The notes: generated by a model not told the origin, from the sequence alone. Positions 1 to 9,700 are shown, counted from the first letter of the stretch. The stretch: 26,363 nucleotides of DNA from a virus (IMGVR_UViG_3300009068_002517:1-26363); one strand, 5' to 3'. A program made the numbers and translations.

Positions 1-339
1 CCCGGTGCTGCTGTTGTTGTCGTTGTGGTACCTGGTGCTGCTGTTGTTGTCGTGGTAGTACCCGGTGCTGCTGTTGTTGTCGTTGTGGTACCTGGTGCTG
101 CTGTTGTTGTCGTGGTAGTACCCGGTGCTGCTGTTGTTGTCGTGGTAGTACCTGGTGCCGCTGTTGTAGTTGTGGTTGTTCCTGGTGCTGCCGTAGTAGT
201 TGTGGTAGTACCTGGTGCTAGTGTGGTTGTTGTGGTAGTACCTGGTGCCGCTGTTGTTGTCGTGGTAGTACCTGGTGCTGCCGTAGTAGTTGTGGTAGTA
301 CCTGGTGCCGCTGTTGTTGTCGTTGTGGTACCTGGTGCA
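1..339 (-). repeat. 30-nt coding tandem repeat (TTTTTTAAPG), at least 11 copies, continuing off the window edge
   Basis: Unit cctggtgctgctgttgttgtcgtggtagta with mostly synonymous variants, in exact 30-nt register from base 1. Confidence 0.97.
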
Positions 340-635
340 CTAATTACAATTGTGCTGGCTATAGTTTGACTAGTGCTATTACTACCGCTGATTACTACAT
401 TGCCGGTATATGTTCCGGGGCCCGCGCCTGTGTCGTAGTAATCTACTGTAAAAGTTTGTACTGCATTTGGAGCGAAACTATATGCCAATGATGCATTCCC
501 AGTCTCAGTGCTTGAACCACCTAAATTTGACAAATTAGCCGTATGTCCAACACCTACAGGACCATTAAAGGTCATTGACTGTATAACTAAATTACTTGTT
601 CCAGTATTTGTTAATGTAAATTGTTTGGCGGCCAT
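1..635 (-). CDS. Partial (3' end beyond window) putative virion appendage protein: N-terminal Ig-like domain followed by a TTTTTTAAPG stalk; paralogue of the 349-aa gene
   Basis: Hand translation from ATG at 635: MAAKQFTLTNTGTSNLVIQSMTFNGPVGVGHTANLSNLGGSSTETGNASLAYSFAPNAVQTFTVDYYDTGAGPGTYTGNVVISGSNSTSQTIASTIVISAPG then TTTTTTAAPG repeats, no stop before base 1. About 64/99 aa identical to the N-terminus of 703..1752. AGGA and a late promoter motif upstream. Absent from the ORF track because no stop lies in the window. Confidence 0.9.
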   Translation of the reverse strand, partial: MAAKQFTLTNTGTSNLVIQSMTFNGPVGVGHTANLSNLGGSSTETGNASLAYSFAPNAVQTFTVDYYDTGAGPGTYTGNVVISGSNSTSQTIASTIVISAPGTTTTTTAAPGTTTTTTAAPGTTTTTTAAPGTTTTTTLAPGTTTTTTAAPGTTTTTTAAPGTTTTTTAAPGTTTTTTAAPGTTTTTTAAPGTTTTTTAAPGTTTTTTAAP

Positions 636-662
636 TAGATATTCCTAAGATGTATTCTGTGA

Positions 663-671
663 GTATTTATC
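663..671 (-). promoter_or_regulatory. T4-like late promoter variant GATAAATAC
   Basis: Plus strand gtatttatc, about 28 nt upstream of the ATG at 635. One mismatch to the T4 gp55 late consensus TATAAATA. The 13-mer agtatttatcaaa also occurs upstream of the gp6-like gene. Confidence 0.65.
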
Positions 672-702
672 AAATCAATTATGGAATTAATCATTTATCA
701 AA

Positions 703-1752
703 TTATGGACCAGAAGTACTGGCATCAGAAGATACATCAATTGTCACAGTCGCTAAAGTTGGTCCAGTGCCTAATCTGAAAGCTACTGTCCAAACTGCAC
801 CCGAAGATGCACTGTTAGGTGAGGGACTTGGTGCAGAAGCAGAACAGCCAAATTCCCTATCAACATTCATTTGCAACCAAGTACCCGTTGCTTGACCTGA
901 ATATGTACCATAACCACTTATCTCTGTTACGTACATATAATATTGACTAGGATCACCACTGGTTAGCCATTGACCAGTTGGATAAACATTGCTTTCACCA
1001 AATCCTCCACTATCCGAATTAGTAAATGAATATAGATTTAATACTCCATTTGCGTAATAGTTTATAGCCGCACCAGATGAACAACTATCTATTCCTACTG
1101 GATTGCCCGAGCTTGAACTTTGATTTGTAACCAATAGTGTGCCCGGCGAGACGGTTGTAGTTGTAGTAGTTGGTGCAAGTGTGGTTGTTGTTGTAGTTGT
1201 TGGTGCTGATGTTGTAGTGGTAGTTGTTGGTGCTTCGGTAGTAGTTGTAGTTGTTGGTGCTTCGGTAGTTGTTGTCGTAGTTGGTGCCGCAGTAGTTGTT
1301 GTCGTAGTTGGTGCCGCAGTAGTTGTAGTAGTTGTTGGTGCTAGTGTTGTAGTTGTCGTAGTTGGTGCTAGTGTGGTTGTTGTGGTAGTACCTGGTGCTA
1401 GTGTGGTTGTTGTAGTAGTACCTGGTGCCGCTGTTGTTGTTGTGGTAGTACCTCCTACAACCGTAATGGTACTATTTACAGTGGCCATAACATCATTACT
1501 ACCACCAACTACTATATTACCGGCATATGTTCCGTCGGCAATCCCTGCTATATTATATTCTACCGTAAAGGTTCTTACCGAATTTGGCGAGAAAGGGTAA
1601 AATAAAATAGCATTACCTGTTTCTGTACTAGAACCACCTAAATTTGTCAAATTAGCGGTATGACCTATACCTACTGGATTATTAAAGGTAACTGATTTAA
1701 TAGTTACGTTGCCTGTTCCTGTATTTGTTAATGTAAATTGTTCTGCAGCCAT
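703..1752 (-). CDS. Putative virion appendage/adhesin-like protein: Ig-like N-domain, ~100-aa Thr-rich stalk, ~145-aa C-terminal head domain
   Basis: 349-aa ORF with TAA stop. N-terminal FTLTNTG...I.SV.F...P....TFTV.Y...GTY.G.IVV pattern resembles ASH/choice-of-anchor-D-like Ig beta-sandwiches (recognition only). No signal peptide visible. Perfect TATAAATA upstream. Confidence 0.85.
   Translation of the reverse strand: MAAEQFTLTNTGTGNVTIKSVTFNNPVGIGHTANLTNLGGSSTETGNAILFYPFSPNSVRTFTVEYNIAGIADGTYAGNIVVGGSNDVMATVNSTITVVGGTTTTTTAAPGTTTTTTLAPGTTTTTTLAPTTTTTTLAPTTTTTTAAPTTTTTTAAPTTTTTTEAPTTTTTTEAPTTTTTTSAPTTTTTTTLAPTTTTTTVSPGTLLVTNQSSSSGNPVGIDSCSSGAAINYYANGVLNLYSFTNSDSGGFGESNVYPTGQWLTSGDPSQYYMYVTEISGYGTYSGQATGTWLQMNVDREFGCSASAPSPSPNSASSGAVWTVAFRLGTGPTLATVTIDVSSDASTSGP
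1140..1452 (-). repeat. 27-30-nt coding tandem repeat (TTTTTTxAP[G]) forming the stalk of the 349-aa protein
   Basis: About 11 units such as gttggtgccgcagtagttgttgtcgta and cctggtgctagtgtggttgttgtggtagta. Confidence 0.95.
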
Positions 1753-1779
1753 TAGATATGCCTAAAATATATTCTGTGA

Positions 1780-1788
1780 GTATTTATA
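1780..1788 (-). promoter_or_regulatory. T4-like late promoter TATAAATAC
   Basis: Plus strand gtatttata = TATAAATA(C) on the minus strand, an exact T4 late promoter consensus, about 28 nt upstream of the ATG at 1752. Confidence 0.75.
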
Positions 1789-1875
1789 ATAACTAATTCA
1801 ATCTATTTTTTCAATAATATTAGCTACTATCTCTATCGTAAAATTTTAATAATGATTCAATGTGAATAAAGATAG

Positions 1876-3702
1876 TTAGGTGCCAAATCCTGCTGCTGCT
1901 ACTTCCCACCTTGCAGTGCCAGTTAATGTGGCTTGGTCATTAGCAACAACACCTGTATTAGATACTAAGTTAGTTATATTAGTAGCAGAGAAAGTAATTC
2001 CATCAAGACCAAATCCAAATATAGCTTTATCACCGCCATAGCCTGATGCTCCCGGTGAAGACCTTGCAGTACCAACACCGGTAGTGTCAGTAGCAACAAC
2101 ACCAGCATTAGATACTAGATTAGTTAACGAAACAAAACCTCCTGATGCCTGACCAAATCCAAATATAGCTTTATCACCGTCATATGTTGCTCCTGCTAGA
2201 TTGTTTCTTGCAGTACCTACACCTGCAGTATCGGTAGCAACAACACCAAGATTATTTACTAAGTTAGTTAATGAGTAAAAATTAATAGCAAGTGCATCAG
2301 AACCAAATCCAAATATAGCTTTATCAAAACCATATCCGGCTGCTGCTAAAGAAGACCTTACAGTAGCACTAGCGTTTGTAACATCGGCAGCAACAACACC
2401 AGTATCAGATACTAGATTGGTAATCGAAACAGGAGATGCGCTACCATCAGCAGTATTACCAAATCCAAATATAGCTTTATCACCGCCATATCCTGCTGCT
2501 GCCAAATTAGCTCTTGCAGTACCAACACCTGTAGTATTAGTAGCAACAACACCAAGATTATTTACTAAGTTAGTTAATGAGTAAAAAGTCTCAGGACCAA
2601 AGCCACTAATACCATATCCAAATATAGCTTTATCGCCACCGTACCTTGCTGCTGCTAAAGTTGATCTTCCAGTAACACTAATATTTGTAACATCAGCAGC
2701 AACAACACCAGTATTAGATACTATATTGGTAAACGAAGAACTACTAAGGTCGTCGAGAGTACCAAATCCAAATATAGCGTTTGTAGGGCCGGCCGGTGGG
2801 GCGGCTGTCGTTGTAGTGGTCGTTGGTGCTACCGTTGTAGTTGTCGTGGTTGGTGCTAATGTTGTTGTTGTCGTGGTTGGTGCTACCGTTGTTGTTGTCG
2901 TGGTTGGTGCTGCTGTAGTTGTTGTAGTTGAAGTTGGTGCTAATGTTGTAGTAGTAGTTGAAGTTGGTGCTGCTGTAGTTGTTGTAGTTGTAGTATTTAT
3001 TCTCAGTAACGTAACTACCCAACTAGTTGGTGCTACAGCAATGCTATAAATTACACTCGACGGTATAGGTGATATTATAGGAAAAGGGTTTATACATTTG
3101 TTACCAGTTAAAAAGCGAGCTTCCGAGGTACAACTAATTTGTAATGGATCTCCAATTACAGCATTATAATTATAAGAGTTCCATGTTTTTACATAACCCG
3201 CATTATTCATCTTGTTTTCTGGTAATAACCCCCAAACCTCAGTATATTGTAAGATTAAATCCTGTGCCGAAGTACCATTTTGACCACGAAACAATCCGCT
3301 TAAGGTATTAGTAGATGTATTAACTGAACTAAATTTAATTTGTTCTCCATTAATATAAATTAAATTACCATCAATCGTAGTAATAGTTAACGAATTTCCT
3401 GTTGTTATCCATGCTCCAGTAGTTATTTTTAGCACTGGCGCTGTGTTTTCTATTACTATAGAATAATTAGAACTTGAAATTACTGCACTGGTAGTATTGT
3501 TATACACAACAATGTTAACAATTGAATTTTTGTCTGCGTCTAAACCAATTCTCATTATTCCTAAAACCGCTGTTGGTGCGGTCACTGTTTGAATTACAGT
3601 ATTAGTGATATTACTAACAGAGTTTACATAAATTGTACCATCAGTAATAATCAATGGTTCAGTTAGCCAAGTTGTAGATGGAGAAACTAAAATTTGACTC
3701 AT
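1876..3702 (-). CDS. Structural protein: N-terminal baseplate-type domain (LxRGxxGT family), Thr-rich stalk, C-terminal six-bladed Kelch-like propeller; probably the detached C-terminus of the giant protein
   Basis: 608-aa ORF whose ATG overlaps the TGA of the 6260-aa ORF (ATGA). IYINGEQIKFSSVNTSTNTLSGLFRGQNGT aligns with VKIGTELISYETVNRETYTLGGLSRGLNGT in the giant protein (11079..11285). Six AIFG(F/Y)G blades at the C-terminus. Confidence 0.88.
   Translation of the reverse strand: MSQILVSPSTTWLTEPLIITDGTIYVNSVSNITNTVIQTVTAPTAVLGIMRIGLDADKNSIVNIVVYNNTTSAVISSSNYSIVIENTAPVLKITTGAWITTGNSLTITTIDGNLIYINGEQIKFSSVNTSTNTLSGLFRGQNGTSAQDLILQYTEVWGLLPENKMNNAGYVKTWNSYNYNAVIGDPLQISCTSEARFLTGNKCINPFPIISPIPSSVIYSIAVAPTSWVVTLLRINTTTTTTTAAPTSTTTTTLAPTSTTTTTAAPTTTTTTVAPTTTTTTLAPTTTTTTVAPTTTTTTAAPPAGPTNAIFGFGTLDDLSSSSFTNIVSNTGVVAADVTNISVTGRSTLAAARYGGDKAIFGYGISGFGPETFYSLTNLVNNLGVVATNTTGVGTARANLAAAGYGGDKAIFGFGNTADGSASPVSITNLVSDTGVVAADVTNASATVRSSLAAAGYGFDKAIFGFGSDALAINFYSLTNLVNNLGVVATDTAGVGTARNNLAGATYDGDKAIFGFGQASGGFVSLTNLVSNAGVVATDTTGVGTARSSPGASGYGGDKAIFGFGLDGITFSATNITNLVSNTGVVANDQATLTGTARWEVAAAGFGT
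1879..2778 (-). repeat. Six ~48-52-aa Kelch-like repeats (R..LAAAGYGGDKAIFGFG...TNLVSNTGVVA)
   Basis: Six copies of tccaaatatagc (AIFG) spaced roughly 140-160 nt apart. Pattern parallels the Kelch R..h.a.....K.hhhFGG blade. Confidence 0.9.
2797..2994 (-). repeat. Thr-rich stalk repeat (TTTTTT[A/V/L]AP) in the 608-aa protein
   Basis: About 7 units of 27-30 nt, e.g. gttggtgctaccgttgttgttgtcgtg. Confidence 0.93.
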
Positions 3703-6700
3703 GATTGTGTAGTGCCTCTATAAACAGATCCGTAATTTACCTGATTTACATTTAACAAATACTTCAATTTATTAGGAGTAGAATTCGGTATCATATTAGT
3801 AATTATCACTTCTTGATTTGCTGCAACTGTAGTAAGAATACTTAGTTCATTTCCTGGATTCAAATATAAAGATGAAGATGCTATTCTATATCCATCTACT
3901 GTTACCCAAAGTCTGTCAACGTCAATTTGTTGGAATTCAGTTACATTAATTGTAACTGCGCTAGTAGTCAACCCAAATACATCACCACCTAACGAAGCAG
4001 ATACAGTAAATTCAGTTGGACTTACAATTTGTTTTACATAGTATATAGCGCCAATTACCATACCACCATTAGAAATATCCCCAATTGGTATTCCTGCTTG
4101 TCTGAATAATACCGGAGTATCTACAATCAAATCACTTGTAGATGCTACAGTGATAATATTAGTTGAGGCAGATGTTGCACTAGCTAGGGTAGTAGTTAAA
4201 ATAAATGTTCCATTAATCCAAGTATAACCTCCACTGATATACGCCTGAGTTGCAGTTACTGGATAATTAGTTGCGCCTACTGAAAAATTATACGGGTTAG
4301 TATATAAATCAAATACCGTGTTACTAATAACTCTTGCATAGAATAATTCATTATTAAGGCCAACGCTACCTAAAGTATCGGCAATTCTAATAATATTATT
4401 GTTAGCAAATCCGTGATTGGTACTGGTTGTAACACGCACCGCTGGTTGACCACCTACGTAGGTACCTAATGAGAAACTACTTGCAGTAGTTAATGATATA
4501 ATTGTCCCAAATTGATCTTTAATTGTAAATTGAGTTGGGCTTATTATAGCGTCAACAAAATAAACGACACCTGATACGCTAAGATTACCATAACTACCGG
4601 TTCCTGTAAAGAAAACTGTAGCACCTATTGCAAACCCTGTAGTAGATAAACACGTTATATAATTAGTCCCTGCTTGGGTAGCACTTGAAGTAGTAAAGAT
4701 ACTATTAGTAATATTTCTATTAATATTTGAAATAGCAGTTACTACATTGGTAGAAGTGTTTGTAATACCATATTGGGTATGCAAATACTGATTATCTGTT
4801 AAGTTGTATGTGGTAACTGCAATTGTACTTCCTCCTGTAGGAGAAGAAGTAAATATAATCTGATTGGTGCTAGGATTAATAGTATATGAACTACTAGTCT
4901 GTCTTATTCCATTGATTTCTACAATTGCATTAGTAACATTATCTTCACCAACATAATTAGTTAAACTAAAAGTAGAAGCAGAACCAGTTCCTGTTAGCAA
5001 CTGAGTTTCAGGTATACTGTATCCATACTGAGTTGGAGCTGTTTCTCCTAACACAGTGTACGAAATATAATCTGTAGCAGTATCATATTGGTTAGCAAAT
5101 ACTAGTTTAGCTAGATTACTATCATCAACTCTACCAACTGTATATTCATTAGTAACAAATGTTGCTAACCCAGTAGCAGAAGTTAACACAATAGCTGCTC
5201 CACCGAGAGTTGCGGCAATTGTAAACTCATTAGCATCCCAAATTGTTTTAACATAATATGTTGTCAATGGTTGAATCACTGAACCAAATATTTCATTAGA
5301 AAATAATATAGTATCATTAATATTTAATGTACCAGTATTGTTGCAAGTTATAGTATACTTAGCTACAGTCCCAGTACCTGACCCTGCATTAGTTGCTACG
5401 AAAGGTATACCAACTAGATTAGAAGCAGCACCTGATGCAACAAAGTTAGTAGTACCAACCGATACAATAATATAAGTTTTACCAACAATAAAGTTACCTG
5501 CTAATATGGGGTCGCCATTAAGTTGAGTAACTTGACCATATGCTCCTAACGTTAGTTCATTTCCATTTACCATTACTAAAGGTGGAGTATAAAGCTCATC
5601 AGAGCCCACGTTTATTACTGCTTCCATTGATCCAGTTGCAGTTGATACTACAAATTCTGGCCCTGCAACACCATTAATTATATCATAATATAAAGAAACA
5701 GTTATAGATAGTGTGGCTAAATTAATAGTTTTTACATAGTAAGTCGTATTTGCTTGTATATTACCGAATACATTCCCTTGGAACATGATAGGATTATTCA
5801 GAATAAATTGAGCAACATCTGCACAATATATAAGATTTACATCACTTTCGGTAGCAATCACTTCTACCATTTGAGATTGGGTGTATGGAACTACTAGACC
5901 ATTACCATCGTTAATAGTACCTGCGTATTTAGAATCTAAATATATTTCTTGTAACCCTGTTACGTCATTGTCACGTAACGGTGTAAAGACAGTGTTAGAC
6001 CTATCTAATTGATATCCATTGCCAGTTTCATATATATCAATTCTTAGTATATTACCTGATGATAGAGGACTGTTTAATGTAACGGTGCTATTAACCCAAT
6101 TAACCGTATAATCTTGAACAACATATTTAGATACACTTACCATTGTAGTAGGGTTTATTGCAAATACTTTAAGTTGGGCTGGAACTTGAACTAAATTAGC
6201 AAAACTATATACAGTTTGTGTAGGAGAACTTTGCGGTATTTCTACGCTTAATACATTAAATCCATTATTTTGATATTCAGTAACAGGCCAATCTACGCCT
6301 GGCCTAGTTGAAGCCACAAATGTTAAATTATCTGTGACTAGTCCTGCTACTAATTCTTCAGGAGCATATCCATATGTAAACGGAGTTCCTTCTACGTCAT
6401 ACACTGTTGATTCAGTACTAGTAAATGAAGGGCTGCTTAATTCAGTATCTAATACAAAATCTAAATCAGGATTAAAATTATTACCTAAGTAAGTGCTATT
6501 TGGATAAGTTGTCCCAGTTAATAATTGTGACAAATCTATATTCAATGACATAAATTCATTATACGGATAGCTATCATATGTGATTATATCATATGATAAG
6601 GTTTGCCCTAACTTAGTTATTGCTCCTGGCATATTAACAGTAGGAGCATAATAGCCTATGATTCTGTCTAGTGCATTTAACCTACGGTCATCTGAATTAA

Positions 6701-9700
6701 GTAATGCCCACTTACCTAAAACAAATTCAGCATCATTATTACTCACTACACAAGCGTAAACTTGATTATTAAATTTAACTATGCTTTGATTGAATGGTAT
6801 TGGCTCGGGCAAGAACGCAAAATCACCTAGCTTAGCCATTGTAAAATTCAGAAATGGGGCTGTTGATACTGTTACTATAGTTGAAGGATCACCCGGTTTT
6901 AAGCTTACTGTCAAATTAGGTGTTACTGTAAGTATATAGTATACTTTACCTAATATTAATCCTCCACCTACATTACCTGTAAATACTACTGGATCGTTTA
7001 AGTTAAATCCAGTAGTACTTGTTACAACTATAATATTACTTGGATTTGGTGCTGCTGTTGTCGTCGTAGTAGTTGGTGCCGCAGTTGTTGTAGTCGTTGT
7101 GGGTGGTGTGATCACACCACCATATCCTGCTGCTGCTAAATTAACTCTTGCAGTACCAGTTAATGCAGTTTGATCAGCAGCAACAACACCGGTATTAGAT
7201 ACTAGATTGGTTATGTTAATAGGACTACCGTCTTGGCCAAATCCAAATATAGCTTTATCACCGCCATATCCTGCTGCTGCTAGATAATATCTAGGAGTAC
7301 CTACTCCGATGGTATCTGTAGCAACAACACCGGTATTAGATACTAGATTGGTTATTGAAACAGCAGTGCTAGTCAACCCAAATCCAAATATAGCTTTATC
7401 ACCGCCATATCCTGCTGCTGCTAGTCCAACTCGTGCAGTACCAGTTAATGCGGTTTGATCAGCAGCAACAACACCAAGATTATTTACTAGATTAGTTGTT
7501 GATACCACACCGCCAATAGTACCAGTAAAACCAAATCCAAATATAGCTTTATCAGTCCCGTATCCTGCTGCTGCTAGATTTCGTCTTGCAGTACCAGTTA
7601 ATGCGGTTTGGTCAACAGCAACAACACCGGTATTAGATACTAGATTGGTTATTGATATTGCAGCAATATCTGTTGCACCAAATCCAAATATAGCTTTATC
7701 AGTCCCGTATCCTGCTGCTGCTAGATAATATCTAGGAGTACCAGTTAATGCAGTTTGATCAGCAGCAACAACACCGGTGTTAGATACTAGATTGGTTATT
7801 GAAACAGCAGAGCTAGTCAACCCAAATCCAAATATAGCTTTATCACCGCCATATCCTGCTGCTGCTAGTCCATATCTTGCAGTACCAACACTGAGTGTAT
7901 CAATAGCCACAACACCAGCCTCATTTACTAGATTGGTTACGTTGGTAATACTGCCGGCCACACCAAATCCAAATATAGCTTTCCCAGATCCACTTGGTGC
8001 TGATATATTCCAAGTCCAACTACTTGGCGCTGCGGTAAAGCTATATGTTCCACCTTGTGCTAATACATTCCAAGTCCAAGTAGTTGGATCTACAGAAAAG
8101 ACAGATGTACCTATTGTGCCCGTTACTGTTGTTTGTGTTGTACCATAATATGGAAAATTTATACCACTAACAGGAACAGTTAATTGAGAATTACTGTAAA
8201 CTGCTAATTGATTTGGAGCAACCGCTTTTAAGAAATACTTAGTAGCCTGAGTTGGCACTACACCTGCAGTAATAACATCAGCTACGGCCCCATAACTTTG
8301 ATTAGGAGCATATTCTTGAAGCTTGTTAACCGTTATCGTTAAGTTGTTATTAGTAGTTCCACCAATTAGAGTACCGGGGATTGTGATAGTATTAGATACT
8401 GCATAACCTAATCCTGGATTGGTTATGACAACATTATAGCCACCTAATATCCAACTTACATCAAATACGGGGGATAGTATAGGATACTGAGTGAAGGTGA
8501 ATGAGTTAGATGATGTGGTTGAACCAATCAACGGTATTACTGATCCACCCTGTGTAGCACTTACTGTTATATAATCTTGGCCGGTACAACGCATATAATT
8601 GCCTGTACCAGTAGACATAATAACAGCCTCGCCACCTGGTGCAAGCGATATAGAAAATCGAGTTGCACTTATAATTGACAATACAAAATACTCTGTATTC
8701 AAATCTACGCCACCTATGCTTAATGCGTCAAATACAACAGGCATGCCTGGATACAACACATTAGTTGAGTATGTGCTTGGAATAGTCAAGTAACTTATAG
8801 TTGCGGTGATTGAGGTTGATGATACTGTTTGAGAAGAACTTACTTGATAAGTTCCTGTGCTATTAGGTAACCCTGATAGTTGTGAAATAATAGTAGTACC
8901 TGCTACGACCCCTGTTCCTGTAATAGTTGCCCCATTTACTATTAGTCCTGAGGTTACTGAGGTTACTGTCAATACATAACCAGCTATGGAACCTGTTACA
9001 ACGCCAACAGTGCTTGGTGCGTTAGTATTTGTTACAGGGAAAGTAGTTGTACCAACCTCTTTTACGTAATATACTGTAGGCCCTGCACTTAAACCACCAA
9101 TTGCTCTTGCAAATTTTAATGGCATATTTACATAGATATTTGTTGCTCCACCACTAGTATATGTCATTGGTATTCTGTTTGAACCAGCAAGGGTAGCAGG
9201 TAATGTTCTGGTAATTAAATTACTGACAGATCCACTTATATTTGGATACTGACCTGACGTTGTATACATTGAAAACTGTTGACCAGTTATCTGACCCGGA
9301 CTTATTGGCAAGTTACAATTAACAGTCATTGTACCAGTACTAACGGCCAAGTCAACCGCATCAGCCTGAGCAGTAACTAAGCCTGTACCTTGAGAATTAA
9401 TTAATGTGAATACTGATGAATTTATTTGTTCTTTTACACTAAAGCTATTAGCTCCTGATACACCAGCCACGTAGTAAAGTTGACCAGATACAATGTTACC
9501 AAACACAGTAGATGATGCTGTACCAGTGCCAGTACCAACTCCAGTTGCAGTAAACGTAATACCTATTGCATTGAATGGGGCGCCAATTAAAGTATAGTCA
9601 GTAGTGCCAAGACTAACGATAGTATAAGTTTGTCCAACAATGAAGTTCCCGCTAGTAAACACAAAGTTAGTAAAGATTATAGTATCATTTACAGCCAAAT

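Noticed and set aside
1789-1875. Intrinsic terminator after the 608-aa gene
   Set aside because: AT-rich spacer with no GC-rich hairpin followed by a U-tract.
2744-3022. 92-aa Asn/Tyr-rich minus-strand ORF
   Set aside because: Alternate-frame reading of the Thr stalk inside the 608-aa gene.
25-3049. Plus-strand poly-Val ORFs (25..369, 1139..1600, 2726..3049) and 650..895
   Set aside because: Antisense shadows of minus-strand genes: poly-Thr codons read as poly-Val on the opposite strand. No independent expression signals.
3660-3702. Stop-codon reassignment or readthrough joining the two ORFs
   Set aside because: The ORFs are in different frames, reading past TGA meets TAG and then TAA within 12 codons, and no slippery heptamer precedes the stop. 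All long genes are open under the standard code.
1-3702. Eukaryotic mucin or bacterial secreted adhesin genes
   Set aside because: No signal peptides or introns are evident, and the genes are co-oriented with phage baseplate genes with T4-type late promoter motifs.
7113-7982. CRISPR-like repeat-spacer appearance of the 44-nt blocks
   Set aside because: The repeats are in-frame coding, the ~100-nt intervening sequences are homologous to each other, and no cas genes or leader are present.
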